A stretch of DNA of 64,000 bases from Laetmonice hystrix (lineage: Eukaryota): NCBI GenBank assembly GCA_965235115.1, contig OZ249437.1, forward strand, positions 6,944,001 to 7,008,000, in the 5' to 3' direction. Positions within the stretch are counted from its first letter, which is position 1, and every line of letters starts with the position of its first letter. The translations under genes were made by a program, and so were the position numbers. This document shows, piece by piece, positions 39,501 through 54,500 of this stretch. The notes under the pieces are model-generated. The model was given only the letters and a program-made list of their open reading frames with translations. It did not search any database and had not been told where the DNA came from.

Positions 39501-42500
39501 ATAACAAGCAGATTATTGTAGCCATATACTGTCTATGTGTGATAAAGCAGGGGGGAAACTGTCAGATTGCAGTCAACAGTAAAGCAATCTGCAAAGCTTT
39601 TGATATTGATAGGACATAAAATAATAAGACATAATGTAAATACAATGATGTCGCACAAGGCTAACAGTTATAGACATGCCCAGCCCGCGGTTTTTTAACG
39701 TCGCCAAGCTTGTCAGCAAGTTTGATTTATTGCTTATATCGTTGACATGGGAAGAAGGACATAAGAAGATATTATAAAATGTCCCAATCTCCTATAAGCA
39801 TGTGTGAATTAATTTATAATAAATGTATCTGCATAGTATGCAAACATTCTGATAGGCAAGAGCTACTTAAAATGATCAAGAAATTGTGTTTTTTTTTCTA
39901 AGGTAAAGATGAATGCCCGTCATGCATAATGTCTTTGTGTCTAAAAGTAACTCTCATTCTGTGATCCAACCCTTTTGAGGATGAAATATTTTCTTCTCAG
40001 AATTGCTTTGATGTTTATTACCTTCCTTCCATAGGTTGGCATTCATGCATATTTCCCTCAATTTTATCATTATTTCACAAATGTTTCTTTATTCCTCAAA
40101 TTTGATAAATCCTCTGTCGTATGAATGTCCCAGCGACAATGTAGGTCCCCTCTTAGCTTCCTTCATTACACAGCTAATATTCTGAAAATCGTGTTCATAA
40201 CGGATCACCTCAATTAGAAAGAACAAAGGGGAAATTCCTTAGGTTCAGACCAGCTAAATGACACGACCGTAAGTAAAAGAAGAGAGAAATCGTACTCTTC
40301 AGATGAAAAATAAAAGATAAATTGTGATAGAAATGAAGAAACTCTCTTCATCTGAAATATTTAGTAGCTTTTTCAATTTAGGTAGTCGACTCAAAATGTT
40401 GGTACGAGTGGCTGAGTTCTACCTCCGAGGTTGCCGGCGAGAGATTATTTTCGTTAGAAAAGAATTCCCGGAAGGTTTCAGTGTGTTTGATTCGGTAAAG
40501 TAGCCGTATCAGGGCCAATGTCGGCCGTGGTGTCAATACCCGGTCGTCTCAACCAATCAGGTCTTTCCGTTACATCATGAATACTCTGACCGTACCTGAA
40601 GAGAAAATCATCTTGTACCCCTTACCGTTATCGAGGACAACATGAATGTGGCGCAATGCTGTCTGATCAAATGTGCTTCAAAATATTAGCTCTCCTGGAA
40701 GATGGTGGAGGTGACTGGAGTAGCTGGAGAAACGAAAGCCTTTAAGACGAGAAGCCCCGTTGTCACCAGAAAGAAGCCGAGACAACTACACGAGGTGCTG
40801 CGGCACCCCATACATGGAGACTTTCCTACGAGTTGGATGGGAAGAGGGTTGATCTTAAACTTTTAAACCTTTTTGTTTTTAAGGTTTAATCTTATAGCAT
40901 CCCTTGGGACCCAGCCAATTGTTATCATTTGTAAGTGTGTTCCCGTTAAGATTCCTCCCCTAACCGTTACAGATTGTAACTTTGTTGTCAGTTTGAAGAT
41001 GGTCAGCCTGGCTGACAGAGTGTAAATAAATACATTGACTGCAGAGAAGGTATTTTAGAGAGATGCGATAAGTACCATGGCAAAGTGATTATATCAAGGA
41101 GTTATACCTCACAAATAATCTAGGGCCACATCATTTAGACTAGTATCGGAAACCGGAGTACCCGAAAAACCTACTTGCTGCACTCGCACGTTTACGTAGG
41201 GCCCGAAAGGGGGTTGCACCTGAAAGGGGAAAGGTCCTGTGACCATCAGTCAAACGCGTTGACGACTACATATAGAGGTAATATATATTTCAATGCCTAT
41301 CTTGTTCCTTTAGATCGATCTCGATACGTTTCTTTCTTTACCACACCAGACGCCTGTCCTAAATGAATGCTCATTCGAACATTGCGCAGTACTCGTTAAG
41401 TTACATTCCTGCTCGCTCGTTTGACTTGCGTGGCCGCACAGCCCAGCAAGAAGTTCCGTCAGAGATATTACTCATTAAAGTCTGATGTCTCAGGCAATTT
41501 GAACAAAGGAGACGTACATTTTTAAAGGAAGCGTTGAATAAGGCGTTGTCACCGCTCAGATGGTAGGCACAAAGTGTGGATTATTGCTCGTACTGAGCAC
41601 GTTACTCGGTGGGGGTGGTGCAGGGGGGGATCTCGGGTTGGGGGCATACGAGGGTATTGCCCTCCATGGAGCCAAGCCGGATGAAGTAAGATTTTACTTT
41701 GTCCCTCTAATACCCCAAACCAGATTAGGAGGTTGTACGCGAGTTCAGCTCCAAGACCACACGGCGTATGGTCGTAGAATGAACTAACCGATTCGGATGC
41801 GTCAACTATTGACAGTGATGGATATATCAAACACCTTATTATCGACTGAAGTGTAGTGAGGCGGAATGTTGAGCTATACGTTCTCAATACGTAACTGCAG
41901 CTCCTGTCGCACATCTGTTGTTCAATGGACACCGCCCTCCCCCACCTGCAGCCCGCCCTCCCCCACCTGCAGCCCGCCGCCCCCGCCAGAGATGCCCTGT
42001 TGGGGGGGGGGGGGGGGGCAGGTCCGTTGGGGGGATGACCCGTGCAGATAATCGGATGTGGCGGCAAGGCCCGAGGTGGTGCCCCATTCCGCCATCACAA
42101 AGCTGTGTGGCGTATAAAATCACTCTCAGCGCATGAATCACGCCGCCCGCACTGTCTTCCGCCGTGCCATTCACGCAGCCTTTCAGCCTCGCCGTGTCAA
42201 GCCAGACGTCCCACACATGTGGAATGACGAGGCTAAAGGCCCGCTAAAGGCCTGCTAATTCCCTAAGTGTTCGGCCTTCCAAGACCGCTACTGGTATGAA
42301 GAAGCGTTTTACTGACTGCTGATGCTGACACCTAGCTATTACATGAGAAACGGACCACATGCGAGTCGCTCTGACAGTTGCGCCTTCAGAAAAGGACAGC
42401 GATGTAGACATGTTAAACGGGCCGCGTGCCTTTTCTAACGATTTACATCTGGCATAATTGTGTCTTCCTTTATCGTCCCCCCCCCCCCCCTCCCAGCCGA

Positions 42501-45500
42501 CGGTCTGTCGAAACCGCCCACACCAACGAGAGTCGTTCTTCCCATGGAAAGGTACGATGGCCCCTTGTCACGATTCCATGTTGACGGGTTCCTTTGATGG
42601 CTGGAGGATTCGCCATCTCTTGTCAGGCGGACGGTTCCTCAGTGTCAATGGTGGTAACGCGTTGTGTTCTGCCATAATCTCCAGTGCCAGCCACATGCGG
42701 TGTGCCACGCCTGGACAGCCAGTCGGGCTGGCAGGAGCGCAGACCGGTTTGGGGAATACTACTCGACCGAGTCGGCCCATGTCGGCGCGACTCGTCTCCC
42801 AAGGTAGTCATTTGTTGGAGCCCACCAACTCACTGTTTCACTGGATTAAGGTCCGGAATCACGCCCCCACGTCGGCAGCTCCGCCCCAACCCTCCTCACT
42901 GACCTCGGGAGTTGGCGTAGGGTTATCTGGTGTAAGACTCCACGTCAGAACACACGCTATCCCTCAGCGTAAATTGGCACCGAGAGTACACTGTATCGAT
43001 CGTTCGTCGTGTGCATGGGCGACGGCATCGAGCACGTGCAAGCTATAACTACGTAACAATTCCTTTAACTACAAAACACCTGATACGTTGACTGATAAGA
43101 GACGTATTCTAAAAGGGAGGAAGGAGGGCTAGAACTACCCCCCCCCCTAACAATTGCGTAGATATACACAGGTATATATCTTATAGTTCACCCCTTTAGG
43201 CATCGACTGCAGCTGCCTGCTAACTCGGCAAGTCTTGATCGTGTTAAGCGAATTTCCGCCCGATAAGTAGTTCTAGTGAATTTACAGAATTCTATAAGGA
43301 AATCATCGGGCGAAATAATGACTCCCCGCCCGCGTATTAAAGGCCAGCGATTTTGATGGACGGGGAACTGCAGTTGTTCATTATATTCTATATTGATGAT
43401 ATTCAGATGAGTCGGACCTATTCGCGCCTATTCTGTACTTTATAGCCTGACCTTTCCCAGCCGGGTGCGGTTATAGGCGGAGAGGGGTAATCGACAGATA
43501 GTTCCTCGTGAGAAGATGGCTTATAAGCCTTAGTCCATACATCGCTTATAATATGCCTTCTGAACAGCCCGTTGCGCCGGGCATTGTGTCGACTTTAATT
43601 ATCTCCCACAAAGGGTGATTACAAATTAAACATTAATGTTCATGTTTTATTGGTGTAATTAAACGGGGTAGACGGAAGGTGCTCGTTTGATTCGGCCGAG
43701 ATCTGGGCTGGCGTTAGCTCTGACACTTCATAATAGCCCGGAGCGTGTGGCTACGATTTGGTTTAATCTAGTCAAATTTCAGCAGATGTTCTGCGCAGGC
43801 GTTGGGCTGAGAGTTGTACAGAGCCCTTTCCAACCGGTACTCTCATTTAGTCGTCGACGAACCTTCCTTTTTTGGCAATTTGGAACCATCAGCTGCTGGT
43901 TTCTGAGACAAAGCTATCAGGTGTGTGCCAAATGGGAATTATATCTCGTACGGCATTGCGTCTGAAATTGGTAACTGATTTTGTGCGAATCAATTAATGC
44001 TTTGATTATTTTGAAGTAAATGGATCAGTGTAACTTTGGTTTTGCATTATTGAGTTGTATTTTCTGTGCGGGCACGCTGGCGTATCTTAAGATGGATTGT
44101 TGTTTAAATGGCACCTGGAGATGCACCTCCTGGCTGGATGCGGAGAGGGGAGGGCACAGGAAGCAAGTCTCGCCTTCTGAAAGAGTAGTGCGTGTCGACC
44201 TACGGTAACCAGTCAGGCGACTGAAGATTCTACCTCAAAGGGTACACTATATGCTAGCTGGAGAATGGGCTACAGGCACTGACAGCACAAGAAGGCAGAT
44301 TACTGGCGGCCGCGGCTAACTGCGTCAGTAAATGTCCCAATGCTTACGTGACGCTCTGCTGGGTTTCCTTCCGACAAATTGACTTTGCTCCTATTGAGGA
44401 TGACGGCCAGTTTGTGTGCCCTAAAACATTATCATCAATCTTTAAGAAGTGAGATGACTGGCAAACACCTGTTACTTGTAAATAATTCAGCCGCCCCGAC
44501 TCCTTGATAGCCCTGCTCAGACTTGGCCCCTTCTTTTGCATGCAACATGAACCGGGCCTTTGGCAGCGGAGACAAAGGGATAAGAGCCAGCAACGACAAC
44601 ATTCAGGCCGATCATGTTCTCCCTCACAACGTCCAAACTTTATACCAACAGATCTAAACATAACTCGGAGGACTAGCTTTCAGCAGGTAACTTACACTCG
44701 GCACACTCAAACTCTAAATTGCGTGTTTATGAGACTTCGGGACGGATGAGAGGTGCAAAGTTCCATGAGTAACTCGTCCACAGTACACTACCATCCCCTG
44801 GTGCCTACGCCTCCCACTGAAAGGCACGAAACAAAAGGTGTCTGTAACAATGCAGCATAGAACCGCAAGTACCATATAGCATGACGTGAATTGTTCACTG
44901 GGGGTGGAATGGGGATAGGGTGGGAGTGGGGTGGGGGCGGGGGTCGCTCTTTCTGACCTTTGGTTTTAATGCACAGGTATAGTTTTCCTGGAGAGCCAAG
45001 AGCATTACCTGTTTGTTGCACCGTCGCATTTTCAATTCAGAATACTTGTCTACGACATGTACCTGTTAAATAGTACGCGTGATTGTCAGCATCCCATTAA
45101 AATTATTAGAAGCGAGTGTTTTTGGGGTGTTTTAACTTTTAAAAAATCACCCACTGGTGAGAGTCATGTCATGGCATGGGGTGCTTACTGATTAACGGTG
45201 TTTATTCACCAAACTAAGCACTGCTTGCTCTTGGATTGATGGCCGAGCCATCCAGCATTAGTCATCCGGCTATGTACTATAACGACTCCACCCATGTCTA
45301 TTTACATTTCATCAAGCCAAAGTGTCATCTCGCGGGTTGCTACCTTTGCCAATAAGTATGCGTGTTTTTAATTAAAGCAGCCGGTTCAATGCAGGATTCG
45401 GCTGTAGATAGAAGCGTTGGTTGGCAAGACTAGTTTTAAAACGACCTCTCGCACGTCAGGATGCATAAAACATGACGGAAGAATCGGTTTCAAAAATCAA

Positions 45501-48500
45501 TTCGAGTGTTCTCGATGAGAAGTTTGACTCGGTCATTTCGTACGGTATAAACGGTAATGTATGTAGTCTTTACTCAATACTAGCTAGGACTAATAAACAT
45601 TTAACGCATTAAAATGCGAGAAAGTGGGTAGGTTGTATAACAGTTCACAAGTATGCGTCTAAGCAGCGATAATCATTCTTTGTTTTCTTTCTTTCCTTTC
45701 TTGGTTCTTTTTTTAGGAAGGATGGCAGAAATGTAAAAGAAAATGAGCCATAGTCAGACGTGATAATACCTTAGGTACTATGCCTTCCCCAGTAATACAT
45801 GATTGGTGAGCACGTCCGATAGTGCATAGTCACGTGATATCACACTAGATAACGCTTTACCGCCTCACGGGTCGTCTCCATCTAATATCAACAACAATAC
45901 CCATAAACATCGGCTTTCTTCGTTAATCTTTAAGTCCTCTCCCACTCAGTATTACCGTACCCTTCAACAAAAACACTGCCGCTATTTCTCTCAAACCAGC
46001 CCCTCTAAGCAACCGAATGAATGGACACATGTAAATTGTTTTATGTTTTAGTAGACCCCATGGATGGTTATTGCCTTCCCGTAGTGCCTTAAATGACAAC
46101 CAATACCGATGTTATGAAAGTTGATTCCTGTGCTGTGATGAATTGTCTTGGTGCATGCGACCATGTCATGTGCAGGCTGTCATCGGAGACCAGCACAAAG
46201 CATTGCGTTCACATTCATAAATCCTTTCTAAAACTGGGCATAAGTACCTGCTTTGAGCATAGGGTCTGTCTGCACTTTTCCAATTGTATATTCCTCTAAA
46301 AGTATCTCCATTTACCGTTAAGCGGACGTCAAACGCCAAAGAGGAACACTTACGTGTGGTAGAGACCCGGCGTTTGGTCGGATATAACCTGTTGGCAGAT
46401 GGCAAGAGGAACCGAACGCTTTCATGCTCGGCGATCTTGTTTCCGTTGCCATTCATGTTAATCTAACATGTGCATGCACGAATTGACTAATGGCACTGGG
46501 TAATGACACTATAGAAGAACTGGGCGCAATGCGGGGCTGCTGTTGTATCGGTTTTAAAGAGGTAAGTAGTGGCATGAATTATTACAACAGTCCTGTTGAC
46601 CAGGTTCACGCGATAGTTCACATTATTGCGAGGTATTGTCGCCTCTGACCTTGCAAAGTCTAGCTAACCTTGAAACGATCCATTAATGGGTCCAATAATA
46701 AAACAGAATGTCTAAGAAGCAGCTTGTATGAGTGTGGCTATGGTGGCATTCATATATTGGAATAGCTCTAGACATGGACAATACAGAACCTTTTATGACT
46801 TGACAGTTTTGTCCGAATTATTGATGATGAAGGTCATCGCGGAGAACATTTTAGGCCCGACTCCATCGAGTTGTAATTATCAGACCGTTATGAATATCTG
46901 TCCCTTCCAGCGCACTATATTTGGTAACGTAGATTGTTCTTACCGAATCATCTCCTTGCTGCTTGTATATTTGGTAACATAGATTGTTCTTACCGAATCA
47001 TCGCCTTGCTGCTTGTATATTTGGTAACGTAGATTGTTCTTACCGAATCATCTCCTTGCTGCCAGAGTCTGTAATATACATTATACCCCCCCCCCCCCCC
47101 CAAATATATGTCTATAATAGTGTAAAGCTTATCTTCCCTACATACTAAAGTTGAACCTTCGTGTTTGTCCATTGCCCGTGATTTGTCCGCTGAAACTCAG
47201 TAAATTGACAATTATAATACTGGGCATGTTTGAGTATTCAGGACGTGCCGTTTTGTTCACGTTGTAAAAATTAGTGAGTGCTCGAAGCAATAATCTTCGA
47301 ACCAGTGCAGTTTTGACTTTGACCGTACAGCTTGTTAGTATTTGCACTAATATAGGAACCCGCTGTATGTAATGTAACAGTCGCATCAGACGGGAATGAC
47401 GCCCCTTTTGTTTAGAAATAAGCGAGACGGACATGGGTTGAACAGGAAACAAAATGTTTTGATGGGGATTCCGCCTTGATCCAGCGGATGGGCAGAGTGA
47501 ATGATTGGTTGGTTTACGCCCTGTCTGTACCGTCTATCATCCGCCGAGGTTGTAGACTGTGCAGTACAACCGTGGAGGCGGAGGTCCAGGAGGCAAGCAA
47601 ATTAGGAGTCCAACAATTCAGGATACTGTATTAGGTCTAGAAAATAAGACAAAATGGTATAAATTAGACCTAAGGAGTATTCTGACATCTTGACCATATA
47701 CCCACCCCAGGAGGGTATAAATACAACCAAACGGTCTTGGTTGAGTCCTCAACATCTGTCGACACGAAGTAAACGGACGTACCACTTCCACTCCGATTCC
47801 TCCGTCTTTGTATTTTGTGAAAACATATTCCATCTCAGCGTATTTGGCAGCATTGGCTGGGGGTTCCGAGCTATAGGTCTTGATGAGGATAAGGTGAAAA
47901 AGAAACCTGCCACCGGGAGGCAATCCCTACTCTTTTCTAAAAAAAGGCAAGGGTGCTTTTATATACCCAGTCGCACAGCCAAGTGAAAATAGATCGCCAA
48001 CTTGAGGCAGTTCCCGCGTAATCTCCCCCCCCCCCTAACCTTAACCACTTTTTGGCTTTGCCCCTTATTAAACAACAGGGAAGAAAATATATACTGTACC
48101 GGTTACGTCACAGAAACAAATACCTGATCCAGCACAAATTAACCCCTACTTTCAGACATAATTGTATACCCTTTAAACTACTTCTTCATTCAATTGCAGA
48201 CCTGCCTGTCGCGCTGTCGTTCAATGTTTTAATAATAGCGTATCAATATTATGTTATTTGATTTCATTGACAGATTTAGCCGGGGAAACCAAGGAGTATT
48301 GCCACCTGGAATCGTTCAATGCCACATGTGCGGATGGGCACGTTTTACTGATGCAGTATGCTCGGTACGGCAGGATGAAGCTCGGTCGGTGCCTCACCAC
48401 CAGTTATTATGTTGGATGTTATGCCGATATTCTCCGGTTTGCCGACGCCAAATGTTCTGGACGACAAAGTTGTCTCATAAGGGTCCTCGATCCAGATTTA

Positions 48501-51500
48501 GTGACGTTTCAACCCTGCAGAAAGGATCTCATGGCATACCTGGAAGCGAGTTATACGTGTGTACCAGGTAGGTCTATATTTCAGCGTGTACACAATGATA
48601 CATATTAGCTTCAATACGTTGCTCTGAGCGATTTCCTCATACATATATAAGATGTACAGACTATTAAGCGGTTCCCAAAACAAGTGATATTGGGTGCTGT
48701 TATTACTTTACGTTAAGTCTTTATTATTACATCAGTTCGTCATAATTGTGCAATATGTTCTGGACTTGAAGCTAAGTGATCGTTGCAGCGATCTATGAGG
48801 AAAAAATATAATTAAATTTGGATCGCATTTAAGATTAGATTGCTCCTCGGTACGTAATAGTCTTTGGTTACTCTGAGCTACAGGTGAATCATAGAAGTGT
48901 TACCCTCATATTTCCTACGTAGGTTTTGATACCATGTGAAATATATTCATCAGGTTTCTGATGTTGGTGTGAGTGTTTCCGATGATAACGATGATTGCAG
49001 CATATTTTGCGTAATAGTTGTTCTAACAAAAAATAAAACTATCGATAATAGTCAAGTGCACTGTTGCAAGGAGAGACTATTAACAGTTTAATGGTTGTCA
49101 TTCCAACACATCAGGATAGGCAATTCTCAACAGTCTTTTGTTACATAATATTATATTTGAATTGACTAGCAAAAAATAGTATGGAAGTAACGTTTCGACA
49201 TCGTCGACAGACTGTGTTTGTAAATTGTCCTTTCAAAGTCCTCGAAAATATTGGAATAGTTTGAGGTCGGGTGTCGTCTGTTATCTGATGTTTAGAGTGA
49301 AAGTCAGAATCCTCCAGAATGAACAATGTGTTCCCAGGAGAGAGACACACAGCCAGTGGGAGACAAACATAGTGATAAATAGACCATGGTTTTCCTGCGG
49401 GGTCTCAGCCTCAGTTCTTCCCTAACGCCTGATTAGTAGGGGTGTCCGTATCTTCCTGGCACAATGGCTCTCTCTCAATGTTTTCTGCTTTCATTGACTT
49501 TGAGAACGATTGGTAAACGAAGATGTTTGAAAATACATCACAAGTATTAAGGACCAAAAAAGAAATTTTAGCTAACAGTTATTAGTATAATTTCCTTTGC
49601 CTAATCTAAATTGTTCTCTCAAACAGTGTGCGTTAATAATCCTTGAAGTTCATAATAAGATCAGAGTTTGTCAATATTCTTCGTTAACGATTTTATCGTT
49701 ACCGGTTTATTGGTTCCATCGACGGTTGGCCTACTCTCACTGTTATAACTGAACCTGTAGCGATATTGACTGAAGGAGTTAAAGGGTCGTAGATGTGGGT
49801 AACGTCCCATTAAAGATATAGATTTCCTAAGCAAGGCTGCCATAAAGAAACAAACAAACGCCATCCGTTTAAAAAAGACCTAATATGTTTTGGTCGAACT
49901 TTTAAGGGATGAGAAATCTTTCCCTCTGTGCAGCGGAACACAAGCAGTTTGGAACTGATTATCATTATCAACTGAAGACAGTGCAATGCTTGGGAAAGAT
50001 CCATCTATTAATCTCCACCTGAAGGGAAGGAGGCGGCATCGGCCAGCAGGATTCATAGTTACCATGACAGATAGATCCATTCTTGCACTAAACAAAAAAC
50101 AAGTGTTTAGTAAAATCAATTGGGTCTATTAGGTGATCTAATCAACCGCAACGCAGCATTCTGCCATGCAATGATCCCGGCGCATCATTTGGATGAGCAA
50201 TCGGTCATTGTTTCCAGAAATAACATCAACTTCAGAGAGCGAATGATGGCTCTGTTGTTGGTGGAGCTTGGTGCCACATTTAGCCGGTGCTTGTATAGCA
50301 AACATGCCCTGCCCAATACGCACAATATGCGAAGCAATATTGAGAGTGTTTTGTGCCAACCATGCAATGGTGTATACCTGAAGCAGAATACGGCAAATCA
50401 AATAGACTAACCTGATTGTGTTAGCCTTCTTGGGTCTGTAGCGATGAAATCAAAAATAGATTGTTAGGTTCCATTTCAAAATGAAAAATGTGTCCGTTCT
50501 GCGTTCTCTGAGAATGAATGAATGAGGATATCGAGGACGGACATCGTGTACCGTGGTACCGTGTATGATATTACTCATTACATGGCTCCAAAAAACGATG
50601 TGTCACTCTTCAGATTTCAGGTAAGAAGTCGGATATCATCAGAGGACACGCATCAAACAAAGCTCACGGATCTTCTCTTACTAGTTGACATCGACAGGCG
50701 TGTATTGTAACTTGGCAGAGAACGGAATACACCGTCAGTGTTAGAAAGTCGCTGGCCAAAAACAAACATGTTTCCTTCGAGACATCTCCAACACTTTCAT
50801 GTGGAAGGATAAAATGACATCTTTCAGTAACCTCAGCCGGATGACTTGTTCAGCTTTGATGATCTCCAAATTATATTTGACCACGGCAGGAACTTTCTCC
50901 GAAACATGTCACAGAAACCCTCCACAGAAGGTCATTTTATGTATCAGAGTTTTTCGCTTTCAACCACGATCTCAGAACATTTTCATTAATGCTCAAGGAG
51001 TAATTTCGCAATGGGAAGAATAGAAAGAGGATGTTATACCTGCCAATATTTCCATTCTTTGGTGGCGAAATGTAACCATTACATATCATTGCTGTTCTTA
51101 CATATCAGTGTGAACAGGTGTAGAAGTCTAATTCAGGAATTCTATCCAATGGCGTATTCCGGAAATCGTAAAGAGGTGGACCATCGGGCCAGAATTCTTA
51201 ATGACCAGTATGAGCAGTTAGTGCTAACGTAATAAGGTAGATGTTTATACAGGGTGTCTCAGAAAAAAAGAAATCATAAAATATCATCATTTTGTGAGAA
51301 AATGATACCCGTTAGATATATGTTACCAAGTGTATCTGATAGACAGTTATAACGGGCGATGTACCGAAAATCAGTGCATGAGAGGCGCTTGGAACAAAGA
51401 GAGAAGACGAAATAAATGTTAGATAATCCATTTGATTCATCATTTGACAAGTTTGATATGGTTGGTGCAGACAAAGGGTGACTATAATTAAGTATCCAAC

Positions 51501-54500
51501 ACTCGGATGGCATTGGATAGAGAAGGTTTGGGCCTATCAGAAACACTTGGTAACTTATATCTAGTTAGTATCACTTCCTCGAGAAATGATGATATTTCCG
51601 GATTTCGTTTTATTTCTGAGACGTCCTGTATAGGTCGCGACTAAAGAGACCACACCTGCAGCGCCCTCTGTAGTCAGTAATGGCGTCCACACCCTATAAT
51701 CTTACATACCCCAGTACTTCCCACCTCTTAAATACGCTTGTTTCGTCGAGCCTCATCATGGCAATCACCTATTGGATTTGAAACAGCATTCCGTCCATCG
51801 TGTGTATTTACATAAAGACTAGATTGACCAAGTTAGATCAAGGAGATGCGTGAACTACTGTGCTGTCTCGCATGAAATGATATTCTTTTGTTTATTCTGA
51901 ACGTCCAGGTTTTTTTTGCACTATATGAGTTATTAATGCGTGGTGGAGCTGACATAGCTTTAGATCTATTCCCATCTGTAGGTGGGATAGTGATAATATA
52001 TCAGTCATTCGATGGAAGAAAAAGAGTTTATCAATATTCCTATCGAAAATGCCAACTTGTTCTGGTAATACTAGTACCTAAATACTTATCTGTCAGGGTC
52101 TCACTGTCTCCGATACCGACAGTTGTCAGGCGCCTGTCGTAATAAATTGTTCTTCACATGTGCTAGGGTGTGACCATTTCCAGTCTGTTTGGAATTATTG
52201 TCGGCTGTTTATAGTACATTGTACTCTTATAAGTTCTAGTCAAATTCCAGTCTCCATTTTCAAATTAAAAACAACCATGAAATGTATCCATGACAACGTT
52301 AAAAACGACATATCACTGTGTGACCATCTGCTTGTATATATTTCCGGTTAAAGTGCTCCTATATATTCCCAGTCTCTATTTACAAATTAAAGGCAGCCGT
52401 TAAATGTATCCATGACGACGGTAAAAAAAAGTCCAATCATAGAATTCATGTTTATGAATATGATGGTGTACACAGTTAGTCTGTGACTCACCGCAAAGGT
52501 GACTAAGATCTAAGATCTTAAGATTTTAGGAACCAGACCCTGGATTGCCTACAATGCTCACCAGATCAGTCGAGCCTCAGATGCTCGTCAGGGACGTGTT
52601 GAAAGGCACAACTTCAGCTTGAATTTAAAATGGTTTTATTCTTTGAACTATATGCAGCTGCTCGTAGAAAGCTGCTCGCAGAAAGCCCTGGCACCAGCGT
52701 AATGAGATGGTGGTTGTATTTTTGTGTGTCTGAACACATTGTACAGTTACAGTTCCTTTAAACAACGTGTCTCTTGTTTCAGTGGAGACGAGTCGAGGGG
52801 AGACGTGTCCAAGTCGGGGTCACTACGACATCAGCGAGTCATCTGGTTACTTGTCCCTCGGGCCAAGAGAGCTGACAATCGGCACGTCATCATGCCCCTG
52901 GTACATTCACATCCAACCAGGCCAAAGATTGGTGTGGACTCTTTACGACTTCAACGACATAGGCTATAAAAATCAACTCAAAAGCAACACTCCGAAGTGT
53001 CCTTACTCGTTCAAGTTCCTGGAGGGTGACGCTGAGGTGGATGTCCCCGTGTGTACAGGTCGACAACGGGAGAGTGAAATATATACTACACGTAAACATC
53101 ACGTCAAAGTTTACATGCTCAGCCAAACACCGGGACGCAACCCGGCAACATTCCTTCTTAATTTCCGAGGTGAGTAAGAGATAGAGGAGAATTTTATCCT
53201 GTCCCTAACCGGTAGAATACATCTTATTGTATCCGGTACCGGGGTGGTAAGCCTGAAGGCAGGAGCCGTCCATCTCTGGTTAGTCTATGCCTTGGTCTAG
53301 GCCCTGTTCCGACACGGTAGCACATTTACCGCATTTTTCACTATAGTTCCCTTGGAGCGGGTCTGTTTGAAAAAAAGTATATTAAAAGGGAAATAGTCTG
53401 CTCCTCTTGATAAAATGCACCTTGAATTCATTCTGTTCAATACTTTTACACTTGTTCTTCCTACTTTATAAATACGGGTAGTTACCCTGACTATAGACCC
53501 CGGGTGGACACCCCCTTGCATTATGTACTCAGCTTTCCGTTCTTTCTTTTCGTACCCCCATTCTCGTCAGTGCTCTCTGGTTCGACCCTAAGGTGGCCAA
53601 GGACTGGGGTTGCTGCTCCTGCCTGTTGTCCTTGGGTTTCCACACCCAGTCACTGCACCAGCCCCCTCCCCCCCCCCCCACCCTCAATTAACGGTTCCGT
53701 TAGGGTCTCTGTAATAAGGACTTGCGTTAGGCTCTTACACTACGGCAACAACCAGCGTCATATCGAGAAGGTTAGACAGAAATACCAGGAGAAACCGGAG
53801 TAACCGGTAAAAACTTCCGACCTGCAGCAGGTAAATGAAACCCACCTCACACAGAGGGATTTGATGCACCAAAGGTGAGAACCTCTAACATTACAAGCTG
53901 AGCCATTGCGCCCCTAGCCCAATGCAATGTGTCACATTCTGTCTATGTGCTAAGTGCCACATGGTAAAGGATCCTTGCCACTTAATTATGGATCAGCGTG
54001 TCCTTGTGAACGGGTTTCATCCATTCCGACATCATGAGAAGATGGACTGAGACCGTTGAAATGGTCATCTGATCGCCATGGTGGTTGGATCCCCATAAAG
54101 TGTAACACATCTCAAGCGTAGATCACTGATCATCAATGATTTACGACCTATGGGTGGTTCGAGCGTCAGACATCCCATGGAATACCTCTGGCACCACCCC
54201 ACCCCCACCACCACCGCCACCACCACCACCGCCACCACCACCACCCACACTACCCCTACACCCACCTGAGATGCAAATCTTAAGCAAGACTTTAATCCCC
54301 GATCTTAAAAACAGGGCGGGGGTGGTTTATGATAAATTTGGCACAAAGCAACTAATCTTTCAATCAAAAAGGCGTATTTAATATCAAGACCCGGGTTCCT
54401 GGTGGAGCTTGAGCCGAGATTTATACTGCTCAAGCTAACGAGCTGTGAGCTTGAAGCACTTACGGATTGTGAGCTTGAGCAGTAAATGTCCATACAAGCT

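Noticed and set aside
42458-43048. 196-aa ORF, and the similar 237-aa ORF at 55748-56461 (minus)
   Set aside because: No recognisable domain, non-ATG starts, and location in GC-rich intronic sequence where stop codons are rarer.
44020-44208. ORF starting with a hydrophobic stretch (MDQCNFGFALLSCIFCAGTLA)
   Set aside because: No credible phase-1 donor to join the SUEL exon, and a short chance-length ORF.
50513-50620. Segment reading IVYRGTVYDITHY (cytochrome b5-like) ending in the strong donor CAG|GTAAGA
   Set aside because: Lacks the HPGG heme motif. The donor is phase 0 in that frame, and in the receptor's phase the segment begins with a stop. The acceptor is a poor GAG.
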